The translations under genes were made by a program, and so were the position numbers. From an uncultured Candidatus Rokubacteria bacterium (lineage in GTDB: Bacteria > Methylomirabilota > Methylomirabilia > Rokubacteriales > CSP1-6): DNA of 64,000 nucleotides. Shown in pieces: positions 40,271-52,126 of this stretch. Numbering within the stretch: position 1 is the stretch's first letter; the number at the start of each line of letters is the position of its first letter. The notes under the pieces were generated by a model that was not told where the DNA came from, made no database searches, and saw only the letters and a program-made list of their open reading frames with translations. The stretch spans positions 32,001-96,000 of the forward strand of contig CAVYTA010000008.1 of the NCBI GenBank assembly GCA_963771355.1, read 5' to 3'.

Positions 40271-41545
40271 ATGGCCGGTAGCGGGTGGCGTCGCCGGCCC
40301 GGCGTCATCCTGGGCGCGCTCACCGCGCTCAACGGCCTGAACTACCTCGATCGTTACGTCGCTGCCGCCACCCTCACCCTCATCCTCGCCGACCTCAAGA
40401 TCTCGGACTCGCAGGGCGGTCTGCTCCAGTCCATGTTCATCGTGACGTACGCGCTGGCCTGTCCGGCGGCGGGCTGGCTGGGGGATCGCGGGAGCCGCAT
40501 GCGGCTGGCCGCGGCGGGGATCTTCATCTGGAGCCTCGCCACCGTGGGCTCGGGCCTCGCCACTTCCTACGCACTGCTGCTCCTGGCGCGGGCGGTGACG
40601 GGCATCGGCGAGGCGGGCTATGGTGTGGTGACGCCGGCGCTGCTGTCGGATTGCTATCCCCCGGCAAGACGAGCGGCCGTGCTCGGCATCTTCTACGCCG
40701 CCATCCCGGTGGGCAGCGCGCTGGGCTACATCGTGGGCGGCGTGGTGGGCGAGGCGTACGGCTGGCGGACGGCATTCTTCGTGGCCGGCGCGCCCGGCGT
40801 GGCGCTGGCCTTCCTCCTCCTGCTGCTGGTGGAGCCCGCACGTGGCACCCTCGACGCCGCTCCCGCGGCCGGGCCCGTGCCGGATGCCTCCGTGCGCTCG
40901 CTTCTGCGCCGGAAGAGCTACGTCGTGAACACCGCCGCGCAGATCATCTACACCTTCGCGATGGGCGGGCTCGCCACCTGGGCGCCCGCCTACTTCGTGC
41001 GCGAGCGCGGCATCCCGCTGGCGATGGCCACCACCACCTTCGGCGGCCTTCTCGTGGTGGCGGGCTTCCTGGGCACGCTCATCGGCGGCCGGGTGGCCCA
41101 GCGGCTGGCGCGCCGCTCACCCGGCGCGGACTTCGTGCTGTCGGGCTGGTCGCTCACCGCCTCCATCGTCTTCACCCTGTTCGCCATCCTCTCGCCGGAG
41201 CCGCTGGTATTCTGGCCCGCCATGTTCGTCATGCTCCTCTTGCTCTTCATCAATATCGGGCCGCTCAATGCGGCGATGGCGAACGTGCTGCCCGCCGCGC
41301 TGCGCGCGCGCGGCTTCGCCCTCACCACCATGCTCATGCATCTCCTCGGCGACGCGGTGTCGCCCTGGCTGATCGGGGTGGCCTCGGATTCGGTGGGGCT
41401 CAAGCTCCCGGTGCTGATCACCGGGTGCCTGCTCTCCCTGTCGGGCGTGGTGCTCCTCCTCGGGCGCCACACTTTGGTGCGGGACCTTCAGGACATGGGG
41501 GCCACGCCGGGCGCGGCGCCGCCGCCGATGGGCGGGCATCACTGA
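40271..41545 (+). CDS. Spinster-like MFS transporter
   Basis: LNYLDRY, GWLGDR, GIGEA, GSALGY, HLLGDAVSP. Confidence 0.88.
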   Translation: MAGSGWRRRPGVILGALTALNGLNYLDRYVAAATLTLILADLKISDSQGGLLQSMFIVTYALACPAAGWLGDRGSRMRLAAAGIFIWSLATVGSGLATSYALLLLARAVTGIGEAGYGVVTPALLSDCYPPARRAAVLGIFYAAIPVGSALGYIVGGVVGEAYGWRTAFFVAGAPGVALAFLLLLLVEPARGTLDAAPAAGPVPDASVRSLLRRKSYVVNTAAQIIYTFAMGGLATWAPAYFVRERGIPLAMATTTFGGLLVVAGFLGTLIGGRVAQRLARRSPGADFVLSGWSLTASIVFTLFAILSPEPLVFWPAMFVMLLLLFINIGPLNAAMANVLPAALRARGFALTTMLMHLLGDAVSPWLIGVASDSVGLKLPVLITGCLLSLSGVVLLLGRHTLVRDLQDMGATPGAAPPPMGGHH

Positions 41546-41603
41546 GGGGGGAGCTCCAGGGGCGCTCGGCGGACGATGGCACGCCGGGCTCAGCGCAAGG
41601 GGG

Positions 41604-42699
41604 TCAGGCCGACAGGGTCCGGTCCCACACCTCGAGGAGCCGTCGCATTGGCGGCCGCGGTGCCGATGGTGATCCGGAGGTGACCCGGGAAGCCCACGCC
41701 CGCGCCGTCCCGCACGAGGATGCCCGTCTTGAGAAGGGCCTGACGGAGGATGGGCGCGCGCGCGTCCACCTTGACGAGGAGGAAGTTCGCCTGCGACGGC
41801 GGCACGATGGAGCCGCGCTTCCGGAGCGCCGCCGCCAGCCGCGGCCGCTCGGTGAGAATGTGGGCGCGGGTGCGGTCGAGGTGGGCGTGGTCTTCCAGCG
41901 CCGCGACCGCCGCCACCTGGGCGAGCCGGTTGACATTGTAGGGCGCACGCACCCGGTTGAGCCGGTCGATGACCTCGGGCTGCGCGATCGCGTACCCGAT
42001 CCGCAGGCCGGCCAGCCCCGCGATCTTCGAGAAGGTGCGGAGCGAGATCACGAACGGGAACTCGCGCGCGAGCGCTACGCCGTCGGGGGTCTCCGGATCG
42101 TCGCAGAAGTCCCGGTAGGCCTCGTCCACCACCACCAGCGGGGCGTCCGCGCCGAGGGACTCGATGAAGCGGCGCAGCGGTCCCTTCGCCACGATGGTCG
42201 ACGCCGGGTTGTGGGGGGTGCAGATGAACACCGCCTTGGTCCGCGCCGTCACCCGCGCGCGCATGTCGTCGAGGTCGGTCTCGTAGTTGCGCAGGGGACT
42301 CGCCACCACGTCCGCGCCGGACAGGAGTGCCTCGGTGCTGTAGGGCTCGAAGGAGGGATGCGGCACCACCACCTCGTCACCGGGGCCGAACGCCGCGCGC
42401 CCCAGGAAGCCGATCAGCTCGTCGGCACCATTGCCCACCACGAGCCAGCCCGGGTCCACCCCGATCCACTCGGCCAGCGCGGCCCGCACCCTCTGCGATG
42501 CGCCGTCCGGGTACAGATGCACGCGCTCCGCCTCGCGGCGAAGGCTCTCCGCCACCTTGGGGGAGGGCCCCAGGGGATTCTCATTGGCCGAGAGTCGGAT
42601 CACGGATGAGAGGCCCAGCTCCTGCTCCACCTGCTCCAGCGATGGGCCGGCCTCATAGGGGGTGACCTTGTCGAGCGTCTCGCGCCAGATCTTTCGCAT
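41604..42699 (-). CDS. hisC: Histidinol-phosphate aminotransferase (1-bp insertion near the 3' end)
   Basis: LSANENP, YPD, GNGADE, HNP, DEAY, RTFSKIAGLAGLRIGY, RITIG. Confidence 0.88.
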
Positions 42700-42742
42700 G
42701 GCGGGGGCCATTGTAACGCGCGCGGGCAAGTCCGCGTCAGAT

Positions 42743-42772
42743 TTGACAGGATCGGCTCCCGCCATGTAACGT
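42743..42772 (+). promoter_or_regulatory. sigma70-type promoter for a leaderless glnD transcript
   Basis: TTGACA-18 nt-TAACGT, 6 nt before the ATG; no SD. Confidence 0.6.
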
Positions 42773-42778
42773 CTCGTC

Positions 42779-45478
42779 ATGTCAGCCGAGTTGTTCCAGC
42801 AGCTCCGCCGCGTCGAGGCCCAGGCCGAGAAGGGCTTCGAAGGTAAGCCGGCGGAACGCGCGGAGCGCCGGCGCCGGCTCCGCCTCGAGCTGCTCCGCCA
42901 GCACCTCACCTCCAACGTGGACTTTCTCCGCGCTGCCCACCTGGGAGGCGCCTCCGGCCAGCAATCCGTCCAGGCGTATGCCGCCTTCATGGACACCTTC
43001 CTCGCCACCCTCTATCGCCTGGCGGCGGAGGACGCGCGCCGGGAGGGCCTCACCCCCGCCCTCATGGTCCTGGTGGCGCTCGGCGGGTATGGTCGCGGCG
43101 AGCTCCATCCGCTGTCCGACCTGGACCTCATGGTGATCTTCGATGGCGAGATGGGGCCCTATGTCCAGCGGGCGACCCAGGGGCTCCTCTACACGCTGTG
43201 GGACCTGGGGCTCCAGGTGGGCCATGCGGTGCGGAGCCTGCCCGACTGCGTGGCCATGGCGCGGACGGACTTCGCCAGCCGGACCTCCATGCAGCAGGCG
43301 CGGTATCTCATCGGCGACCGGCGGCTCTTCAACCGCTTCCGGAAGGTCCTGGCCGAGAACGTCTACCGGAAGGACTTCGCCCAGTTCCTGGAGACCACGC
43401 TGGCCGAGCGGGACCAGCGCTACCGGAAGTTCGGCGGCTCCCCCTACATGGGCGAGCCCAACGTGAAAGAGTCGGCGGGAGGCCTCCGGGACATCCACAC
43501 CGCCATGTGGCTGGCCTCCACCAAGTTCGGGACGCGCACCCTGCGCGAGCTGGCCGACAAGCGGCTCATCACCGACCGCGAGCGGGCGTCCACGGACGCC
43601 GCGCTGACCTTCCTCTGGCGAGTGCGCAACGAGCTGCACTTCCTGTCCGGCCACAAGAACGACGTGCTCTCGCGCGACATCCAGCCCCAGATCGCGAAGA
43701 ACTTCGGCTACGTGGCCGACGACGTCTCCCTGGCGGTGGAGAAGTTCATGCGGGACTACTATCTCCACGCGCGGGTGATTCACCGCATGTCCCGGCGCCT
43801 CATCGCCCGCTGCCGGGAGACGCTCTCGCGTCCCACCCCGGTGCAGCGCCGTCTCCGCCAGGAGGCGCTCGCCGACGGGCTCTTCGTGCTGGACGGCTCG
43901 CTGCACCTGGTGCACGCGGACGGGCGCGCCTTCCGCGAGGACCCCACGCGGCTCATGAAGGTGTTCTGGCACTCGCACCAGCTGGGCTTCGATCTCGGCA
44001 TCGACGTGGAGCGCGCCATCGAGGAGTCACTCGACCTGGTGGACGAGACCTTCCAGCGCTCGCCCGAGGTGCGCGACCTCTTCCTCGCCATCTGCCGCAA
44101 CTGGGGCCGCACCGCGCAGACCCTGCGGGAGCTGCACGAGCTGGGGGTGCTGGGCCGCTATCTCCCGGAGTGGGGCGCGCTCACCTGCCTCGTGCAGTAC
44201 GACGTCTACCACCGCTTCACCGCCGATCAGCACTCGCTGCTCGCGGTGGAGAACCTGGAGGCGCTGGCCCCCGGCCCGTCGGCGGAGGCGGAGGGGATCG
44301 CGGCGGTGCTCAACGAGGTGGCGCGCCCGGACCTCCTGATGATGGGCATGCTGCTGCACGACATCGGCAAGGGGAAGGGCCATGGCCACGTGGCCAAGGG
44401 CATCCCCCTCATCGAGGAGCTGACCGCGCGCATCGGACTGCCGCCCGAGGACGCAGCGGCGGTGATCCTCCTGGTGGCGCATCACCTCACGCTGTCGCAC
44501 ATCGCCCAGCGGCGCGACATCCACGATCCCAAGACGGTGGACTCTCTCGCCGGGGTGGTGGGTGACCCCGAGCGGCTGCGCATGCTCTATCTCCTCACCT
44601 TCGCCGACATGCGCGCGGTGGGGCCGGGCGTGATGACGGGCTGGATGGCGCGCATCCTGTGGGAGGTGTACACCCGCACGCTGATCTCGCTCACCGGCGG
44701 CAAGCTCGAGCGCCCCAGCCGCGAGACGGTGGCCGAGCGGGTGGCGGAGGAGGCCGGCGGGTCACGCCGCGCCGCCGTCGCTCACCTCGCCATGATGTCC
44801 GAGCGCTATCTCACCACCACCTCCGCCCAGCGCATCGCCGCCCACCTCCGCCTCGTCGAGCGGCTGGAGGAGGACGTGGTGGCGACCGAGCTCTTCCACC
44901 ATCCCGATCTCGGGTCCGCCGAGCTGGTGATCGTGACCAAGGACGTGCCGGGCCTCTTCGCCCTCATCGCCGGCACGCTGGCCGCCGAGGGCATCAATAT
45001 CCTGTCCGCCCAGATCCACACGCGCGCCGACGGCATCGCGCTCGATACCTTCCAGGTCAACGATCCCTTCGGGGAGGCGGTGACCGAGGATGCCCGCTGG
45101 CGGCGGACGCTGGCCGCGCTGCGCCGCGTCCTCCGGAGCGAGCAGACGGTGGAGGAGCTGCTGGCCGCGCGCCGCAGCGGCCGGCCCGCCGCCGAGACGG
45201 TGGCGGGCCCGCCCAAGATCTCGGTGGACAACCAGCTCTCCGACACGCACACCGTGGTGGAGGTGAAGTGTCCCGACCGCGTGGGGCTTCTCTACCTCAT
45301 CACGCGGACCTTCCAGTCGCTCGGCCTCGACATCGGCAGCGCCCGCATCGCCACCGAGATCGAGCAGGCATACGACACCTTCTACGTGACGGACCGGCAG
45401 GGCCGGCGCGTCGAGGATCCTCCCCAGATGGACCGGCTCCGCGATGCCCTCGAAGATGCTCTCCTCAAGCCGCTATAA
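42779..45478 (+). CDS. glnD: [Protein-PII] uridylyltransferase/uridylyl-removing enzyme
   Basis: GGYGRGELHPLSDLDL, EPNVKESAGGLRD, YHRFTADQH...LLHDIGK HD domain, two ACT domains. Confidence 0.96.
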   Translation: MSAELFQQLRRVEAQAEKGFEGKPAERAERRRRLRLELLRQHLTSNVDFLRAAHLGGASGQQSVQAYAAFMDTFLATLYRLAAEDARREGLTPALMVLVALGGYGRGELHPLSDLDLMVIFDGEMGPYVQRATQGLLYTLWDLGLQVGHAVRSLPDCVAMARTDFASRTSMQQARYLIGDRRLFNRFRKVLAENVYRKDFAQFLETTLAERDQRYRKFGGSPYMGEPNVKESAGGLRDIHTAMWLASTKFGTRTLRELADKRLITDRERASTDAALTFLWRVRNELHFLSGHKNDVLSRDIQPQIAKNFGYVADDVSLAVEKFMRDYYLHARVIHRMSRRLIARCRETLSRPTPVQRRLRQEALADGLFVLDGSLHLVHADGRAFREDPTRLMKVFWHSHQLGFDLGIDVERAIEESLDLVDETFQRSPEVRDLFLAICRNWGRTAQTLRELHELGVLGRYLPEWGALTCLVQYDVYHRFTADQHSLLAVENLEALAPGPSAEAEGIAAVLNEVARPDLLMMGMLLHDIGKGKGHGHVAKGIPLIEELTARIGLPPEDAAAVILLVAHHLTLSHIAQRRDIHDPKTVDSLAGVVGDPERLRMLYLLTFADMRAVGPGVMTGWMARILWEVYTRTLISLTGGKLERPSRETVAERVAEEAGGSRRAAVAHLAMMSERYLTTTSAQRIAAHLRLVERLEEDVVATELFHHPDLGSAELVIVTKDVPGLFALIAGTLAAEGINILSAQIHTRADGIALDTFQVNDPFGEAVTEDARWRRTLAALRRVLRSEQTVEELLAARRSGRPAAETVAGPPKISVDNQLSDTHTVVEVKCPDRVGLLYLITRTFQSLGLDIGSARIATEIEQAYDTFYVTDRQGRRVEDPPQMDRLRDALEDALLKPL

Positions 45479-46061
45479 GGCCCCCGTGCAGCGCGCCGCC
45501 GATCCCATCGCGCGGCTGCTGCTCCGCGCCCGGGTGCGGCCCAATCACCTCACGGTGGCGGGCCTGGGCGTGTCCTGCCTCGCCGCCTGGGCCTTCGCCG
45601 ACGGGCGGCTCCGCACCGGCGCCGCGCTCCTCACCGTGGCCGGGCTCCTCGACCTCTTCGACGGATCCCTGGCACGTCTGTCGGGTCAGGACTCCGATTT
45701 CGGCGCCTTCCTGGACTCGGTGGTGGACCGTTACTCGGACCTCGTGGTCCTGCTGGGGCTCATCGTATATTGCCAACGTATCGGTGAGTGGACGCTCTGC
45801 CTGTTCACCATGGCCACCCTGGTGGGCACGGTGATGGTCTCCTATACCAAGGCCCGCGCCCAGTCCATCGGCATCTCCTGCGAGATCGGGCTCATGGAGC
45901 GGCCGGAGCGTCTCATCGTCCTCATCGCCGGCGCCACCTTCAACCTCATGACCCCCACCATGGCGCTGCTGGCGCTCCTCACCCACCTCACCGCCCTGCA
46001 GCGCATCTTCTACACGCGCCGCGTCGCGCGAGGCATGGAGCGGCCGGGCGCGTTCCGGTAG
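45456..46061 (+). CDS. CDP-alcohol phosphatidyltransferase family protein
   Basis: PNHLT, DLFDGSLAR...FGAFLDSVVDR, VSYTKARA, ERPER. Confidence 0.92.
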   Translation: MLSSSRYKAPVQRAADPIARLLLRARVRPNHLTVAGLGVSCLAAWAFADGRLRTGAALLTVAGLLDLFDGSLARLSGQDSDFGAFLDSVVDRYSDLVVLLGLIVYCQRIGEWTLCLFTMATLVGTVMVSYTKARAQSIGISCEIGLMERPERLIVLIAGATFNLMTPTMALLALLTHLTALQRIFYTRRVARGMERPGAFR

Positions 46062-46070
46062 ACTCAGAGC

Positions 46071-48143
46071 ATGTGGCGTCGCGGGGTCCTGGCGCTCGTC
46101 GTCCTCACGGTGACCTCGGTGGCCCTGGCCTCCCAGGGCGCGGCCCCTCTTCTGCCGGGACTCACGCAGGGTGATGTCATCGCCCTGGCGCTGGTCACCC
46201 AGCGCGGCGGCGATCTGACCACCGCCGCGCGGCTCTACGGCGAAGCCGCCGCCATGGCCGGCCCCATTCCCGAGTACGCGCTGCACCTCCAGGCCGATGC
46301 GCTCGCGCGGCTCCAGGATCCCGCGGCACCCCGCGTGGCGACCCTGGCGGTCGAGCAGGCCGGCTCGGGTCCGCTACTGCCCGCCGCGCTCCTGCTCGCC
46401 GCCCGGGAGTCCGCGCGGGTGGGCGACCAGGTCGGCGCCATCGGCTTCTACCGCCGCTTCCTGGACCGTTATCCCGAGCACGGAGACAGCCCGGCCGCGC
46501 GCTTCGGCCTGGCCGCCGCGCTCGAGTCCACCGGCGAAGGCGAGGAGGCGCTGCGGCTCTTCCGCGGCATCTGGATCACCGCGCCGCTCTCGTCGTTTGC
46601 CCCGGTGGCGCGCGACCGCGAACGCGACCTGACAGACCGCGGGGTGCCGGCGCCGTCCCTCACCCCGCGCGAGCGTGTCGATCGAGTGGAACGGCTCCTG
46701 GCTGGAGGCCAGGCCACCCAGGCCCGGATCGAGGCGGACGTGCTCGTCGCCGAGGGCATCAGCGGTGATCCGCTGCTCCGCGCCCTCCGCGTGGCCGCGG
46801 AGGCCTCGCGCCGGCTCGGCAAGTCCGACGAGGCGCTCCGCGCGGTGGATCGCGCGCTCCTCGTCGTGTCGGGCGAGCGCCGCGCCACCTGGCTTCTCGA
46901 GCGCGCGCGACTGCAGCAGGCCCGGAGCCCCCAGTCGGCCATCGTCACACTGGACCGGCTGGTGCGCGAGCATCCCAAGAGCAGCGAGGCGAGCGACGCC
47001 CTGCTTCTCCGCGCGCAGCTCCTGGAGGCGCAGGCCCAGCCGGTGGAGGCGGAGGCCACCTATGCGCGCCTGGCGGTGGGGTACGGGGACGACGACGACG
47101 CGGGGCGCGCCCTCTGGCGTCTCGGGTGGCTGGCGTGGTTCCGGCGGGACTACGAGGGGGCCAAGGCCAAGTGGACCCAGCTCATGAATCTGCCCGGCGG
47201 CCAGGCCTTTCGCGACAACGCGATCTACTGGATCGGCCGGGCCCACGAGGAGCGCGGCGAGCTGGACCTGGCCACGCGCCAATGGACGGAGAGCGTCGGC
47301 CGAGAGCCGCGCGGGTACTTCGGCATCCTCGCCACCGCCCGGCTCCAGCGGCGCGGCGCCGCGGTGCCCATCGCGCGCGAGCTGAAAACGCCCATCACGC
47401 TGCCCGCGGACGTGCTGGAGCCCCTCCGCCAGGAGCCGCGCTACGCCAAGGCCACCGCGCTGCGCGCGGCCGGGCTCGGCGCCTGGGCGGACGGCGAGCT
47501 GGACGAGGTGGCGCGCCGCTCGGCCGGCGAGATGGCGCGCCTGTACGCGCTGTCCACCCTCTTCGCCCAGGACGCGCGCCACCACCTCTCGCTCCGCATC
47601 CTCCGCCGCGAGTTTCTCCCGCTGGCGCGCGCGGGCTACGCGTGGCTCCCGCGCCCCTTCTGGGACATGTTCTATCCACTGGGCTGGCGCGCGGAGATCG
47701 CGAGCGCCGCGCTGAAGGGCGCGGTGGACCCGCTCCTGGTCTCGGCAGTAGTGCGCGAGGAGTCGTCCTACAACCCGCTCGTGCGCTCCCGTGTGGGCGC
47801 GCGCGGCCTCATGCAGCTCATGCCCGACACCGCGCGGCCGCTGGCCCGCGCGCGGGGCATGGATTTCCGGGACGGCGACCTCCTCGACGATCCCGCCGCC
47901 AACGTGGAGCTGGGCGCGGCCTATCTGGGCTGGCTCGTCCGCGAGTTCGGCGAGGCCCGGCTGGCGGTGGCCGCCTACAATGCCGGGCCTAACCGGGTGA
48001 AGGAGTGGTGGGCGGCGCGCAAGTCCGACGACCTCGAGGTGTGGGTGGAGCAGATCCCCTACAACGAGACGCGCAACTTCGTCCGGCGCGTGTCGGTGGG
48101 CTACGAGGAATACCGCCGCCTCTACGCGAGCCACGAGCAGTGA
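46071..48143 (+). CDS. Soluble lytic murein transglycosylase with TPR repeats
   Basis: Signal peptide, TPR helices, REES, GLMQLMP, AYNAG, ETRNFV. Confidence 0.92.
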   Translation: MWRRGVLALVVLTVTSVALASQGAAPLLPGLTQGDVIALALVTQRGGDLTTAARLYGEAAAMAGPIPEYALHLQADALARLQDPAAPRVATLAVEQAGSGPLLPAALLLAARESARVGDQVGAIGFYRRFLDRYPEHGDSPAARFGLAAALESTGEGEEALRLFRGIWITAPLSSFAPVARDRERDLTDRGVPAPSLTPRERVDRVERLLAGGQATQARIEADVLVAEGISGDPLLRALRVAAEASRRLGKSDEALRAVDRALLVVSGERRATWLLERARLQQARSPQSAIVTLDRLVREHPKSSEASDALLLRAQLLEAQAQPVEAEATYARLAVGYGDDDDAGRALWRLGWLAWFRRDYEGAKAKWTQLMNLPGGQAFRDNAIYWIGRAHEERGELDLATRQWTESVGREPRGYFGILATARLQRRGAAVPIARELKTPITLPADVLEPLRQEPRYAKATALRAAGLGAWADGELDEVARRSAGEMARLYALSTLFAQDARHHLSLRILRREFLPLARAGYAWLPRPFWDMFYPLGWRAEIASAALKGAVDPLLVSAVVREESSYNPLVRSRVGARGLMQLMPDTARPLARARGMDFRDGDLLDDPAANVELGAAYLGWLVREFGEARLAVAAYNAGPNRVKEWWAARKSDDLEVWVEQIPYNETRNFVRRVSVGYEEYRRLYASHEQ

Positions 48144-48577
48144 CCGACCCGCGCGCGGGGCTCTTCCGGTGCCTCGCCGCCGGGCTCCTCGATGGCGCGC
48201 TCGGTGTCGTCCTCTGGAGCCTGGCCGCCATGTGGCTGGTGCTGGGCGTGTGGGCCGTGCGCGGGCTGCCGCGGGAGACGCCCACCCTGTTGCTGCTCTG
48301 CGCGGGCGTGCTCGGTCTCGGCGTGGGTCTCCACCTCATCTACAACGTGGTGGTGCTGGGCGGCTGCGGCCAGACGGTGGGTCGCATGGCGCTGGGGATC
48401 GCGGTGGTGCGCCGCGACGGGGCACCCCCCGGCTATGCCCGCGCTCTGCTCCGTTCCCTGGGCAATCTCGTCACCGTCCTGACCCTGGGGCTGGCCGCCC
48501 TCGTCGCGCTCTTCAATCGTGAAGGACGAGATCTGGCCGACTTGCTCTCCGGGACCCGCGTCGTCCGGCGGCCTTGA
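48140..48577 (+). CDS. RDD family protein
   Basis: RCLAAGLLD, GQTVGRMALGIAVV, DLLSGTRVV; GTGA overlap. Confidence 0.85.
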   Translation: MTDPRAGLFRCLAAGLLDGALGVVLWSLAAMWLVLGVWAVRGLPRETPTLLLLCAGVLGLGVGLHLIYNVVVLGGCGQTVGRMALGIAVVRRDGAPPGYARALLRSLGNLVTVLTLGLAALVALFNREGRDLADLLSGTRVVRRP

Positions 48578-48687
48578 CGCGCGGCCGGGCGGCGAGAGTT
48601 GACAACCCGGTGACAGGCCCCCAGGGGTAGGCGCCCTGGTAGACTGGTGCCGTCGGTAGCAGCTCAAGCGACCAGGGAGGCTCGGGA

Positions 48688-49665
<978 letters not shown>

Positions 49666-49671
49666 GCCCAC

Positions 49672-50295
49672 GTGACGCGGCGCGGGCGGATCGCGCTCAA
49701 GGTCGCCGCGTGGGCGGTATGCGTGACGCCGCTCGCCTGGCTGGGCTATTGCGCCGCCACCGGCGATCTCACCGCCAATCCCATCAGCTTCGTCACCAAC
49801 ACGCTCGGCGACTGGACCTTCCGCATCCTGCTCGCGAGCCTGGCCGCCACCCCGCTCCGCATCCTCACCGGGTGGTCCTGGCCGATCACGCTCCGGCGAC
49901 TCCTCGGCCTCTGGGCCTTCGCCTACGCGCTGCTGCACTTCTCGGTGTGGGTGGTGCTGGACCACTTCTTCGACTGGGGGGCGCTCGGCGCGGACATCGT
50001 GAAGCGGCCCTACATCACGGTGGGGATGGCGGCGCTGGTGCTGCTGGTGCCGCTGGCGGTCACGTCGACCACCGGCATGATCAAGCGACTGGGAGGTCGC
50101 GCCTGGCGGCGGCTGCACGCCCTCGTCTACCTGGTCGGGGTGCTGGCCGCGCTCCACTATCTCTGGCTGGCGAAGAAGGTGAACACGGCGCCGCGGTGGT
50201 ACGCGGCCATTCTCATCGTGCTGCTGGGGATACGGCTGGTGGACTGGGCCCGCCGCCGCCTGGCGGGGCAGCGGCGGGCCGTTCCCGCGGGCTAG
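49672..50295 (+). CDS. msrQ: Protein-methionine-sulfoxide reductase heme-binding subunit
   Basis: RRLLGLWAFAYALLH, KRPYITVG, WRRLHALVY...LHY; directly downstream of msrP. Confidence 0.95.
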   Translation: MTRRGRIALKVAAWAVCVTPLAWLGYCAATGDLTANPISFVTNTLGDWTFRILLASLAATPLRILTGWSWPITLRRLLGLWAFAYALLHFSVWVVLDHFFDWGALGADIVKRPYITVGMAALVLLVPLAVTSTTGMIKRLGGRAWRRLHALVYLVGVLAALHYLWLAKKVNTAPRWYAAILIVLLGIRLVDWARRRLAGQRRAVPAG

Positions 50296-50924
50296 CTGGG
50301 CTTGGACGTGGGGCTCATCTCCACTTCCTTGACCCGGAGCTTCCAGATGAGGTCCTGGTAGGAGGAGGTGGCGAGGGCCCGGTCGAAGTACTCCCGGTAG
50401 CCCTCCACCAAGCTCCGCCGGTCCACCAGGACGTCGTGGACGCGCCAGCGGTTATTGCCCGAGGGGACCAGGTGATACTCCACCCGCACCTGACCCTGCC
50501 GCTCCAGCGCCAGGGTGGTCCGCACGGTGGCGCGGGCGGCGCTCACCGTCTCCCCCGTGTAGGTGATGCGCTTGCCCGTCTTGAGGGTACGCAGCCAGAC
50601 GCGTGACAGCATGCCGGTGAACAGCCGGACGAATTCGTCGCGCTCCCCCGCGCTCCGGGCCACCCAGTGCCGGCCCAGGCTCTTCTTGGCCATCTCCCGG
50701 AGGTCGAAGAAACCCTGGGCGGTGCGGGCCAGGTCGCCGGCCGACGGCGCGGTGTCCGAACGCCCGCGGCCGGCGCGCTCGCCCAGGATGTCCTCGACCG
50801 CCTTCTGGACCATCTCCATGGGCGAGTTTCGTCGCACCTCCAGGACGACCTTGGCGGGCCGGCTCAGCGTGAAGATGGGCGTGAGGAGAACGGCGCGAGT
50901 CAGAGCGGCGATGCCTCGGCTCAT
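50292..50924 (-). CDS. MlaC/Ttg2D-like ABC transporter substrate-binding protein
   Basis: FDLREMAKKSLGRHW, EFVRLF, WRVHDVLVDRRSLVEGYREYF. Confidence 0.82.
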   Translation of the reverse strand: MSRGIAALTRAVLLTPIFTLSRPAKVVLEVRRNSPMEMVQKAVEDILGERAGRGRSDTAPSAGDLARTAQGFFDLREMAKKSLGRHWVARSAGERDEFVRLFTGMLSRVWLRTLKTGKRITYTGETVSAARATVRTTLALERQGQVRVEYHLVPSGNNRWRVHDVLVDRRSLVEGYREYFDRALATSSYQDLIWKLRVKEVEMSPTSKPS

Positions 50925-51090
50925 GGCGAAAAGACCTCCCCGATCGAGATGGCTGCTCCTACTGGCGGGCGCCTTGCAGCGCCTCGCGTCATCAATGCCG
51001 GGCTACGGGTTACCCATCGCCGCGGCTGTCGTCGTTTCGGGTCGGTCGGCTGGGTGCTGCGTCAGGTGCTGCTGTGACGCTCAGATGAAA

Positions 51091-51106
51091 AGCAACCCAG
51101 GTGCCA
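51091..51106 (-). promoter_or_regulatory. sigma54 (-24/-12) promoter
   Basis: TGGCAC-CTGGG-TTGCT matches TGGCAC-N5-TTGCW in an intergenic region. Confidence 0.7.
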
Positions 51107-51366
51107 GTAGGCTAGAGGGCGAGAGTATCAACAAGATCAATAGGATGGCCCGAGATCTTCCGAGCCCGACCTGACCGCGGCCCTCATTTCGTCAGGACGG
51201 GGACGTCACCCCGCGCATTTTCAACGTGTGACGAGGGTGACGCTGTGTTCGCTGGATTGGCGCCCGTCTAGAGGCTTTCGGCGGGCCAAGTCTTCGAATA
51301 TACTCACCCACCAATCCCCGTTTCCAGATCCTGAACCGCGACGAGAGCGAGAGCGAGGCGGCACTG

Positions 51367-52125
<759 letters not shown>

Positions 52126-52126
52126 C

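Noticed and set aside
48595..48645. sigma70 promoter for msrPQ from TTGACA plus TAGACT
   Set aside because: The two hexamers are about 34 nt apart and cannot form one promoter
51126..51145. IHF binding site
   Set aside because: The ATCAA cores lack the downstream TTR of WATCAAnnnnTTR; noted only as an A-rich tract
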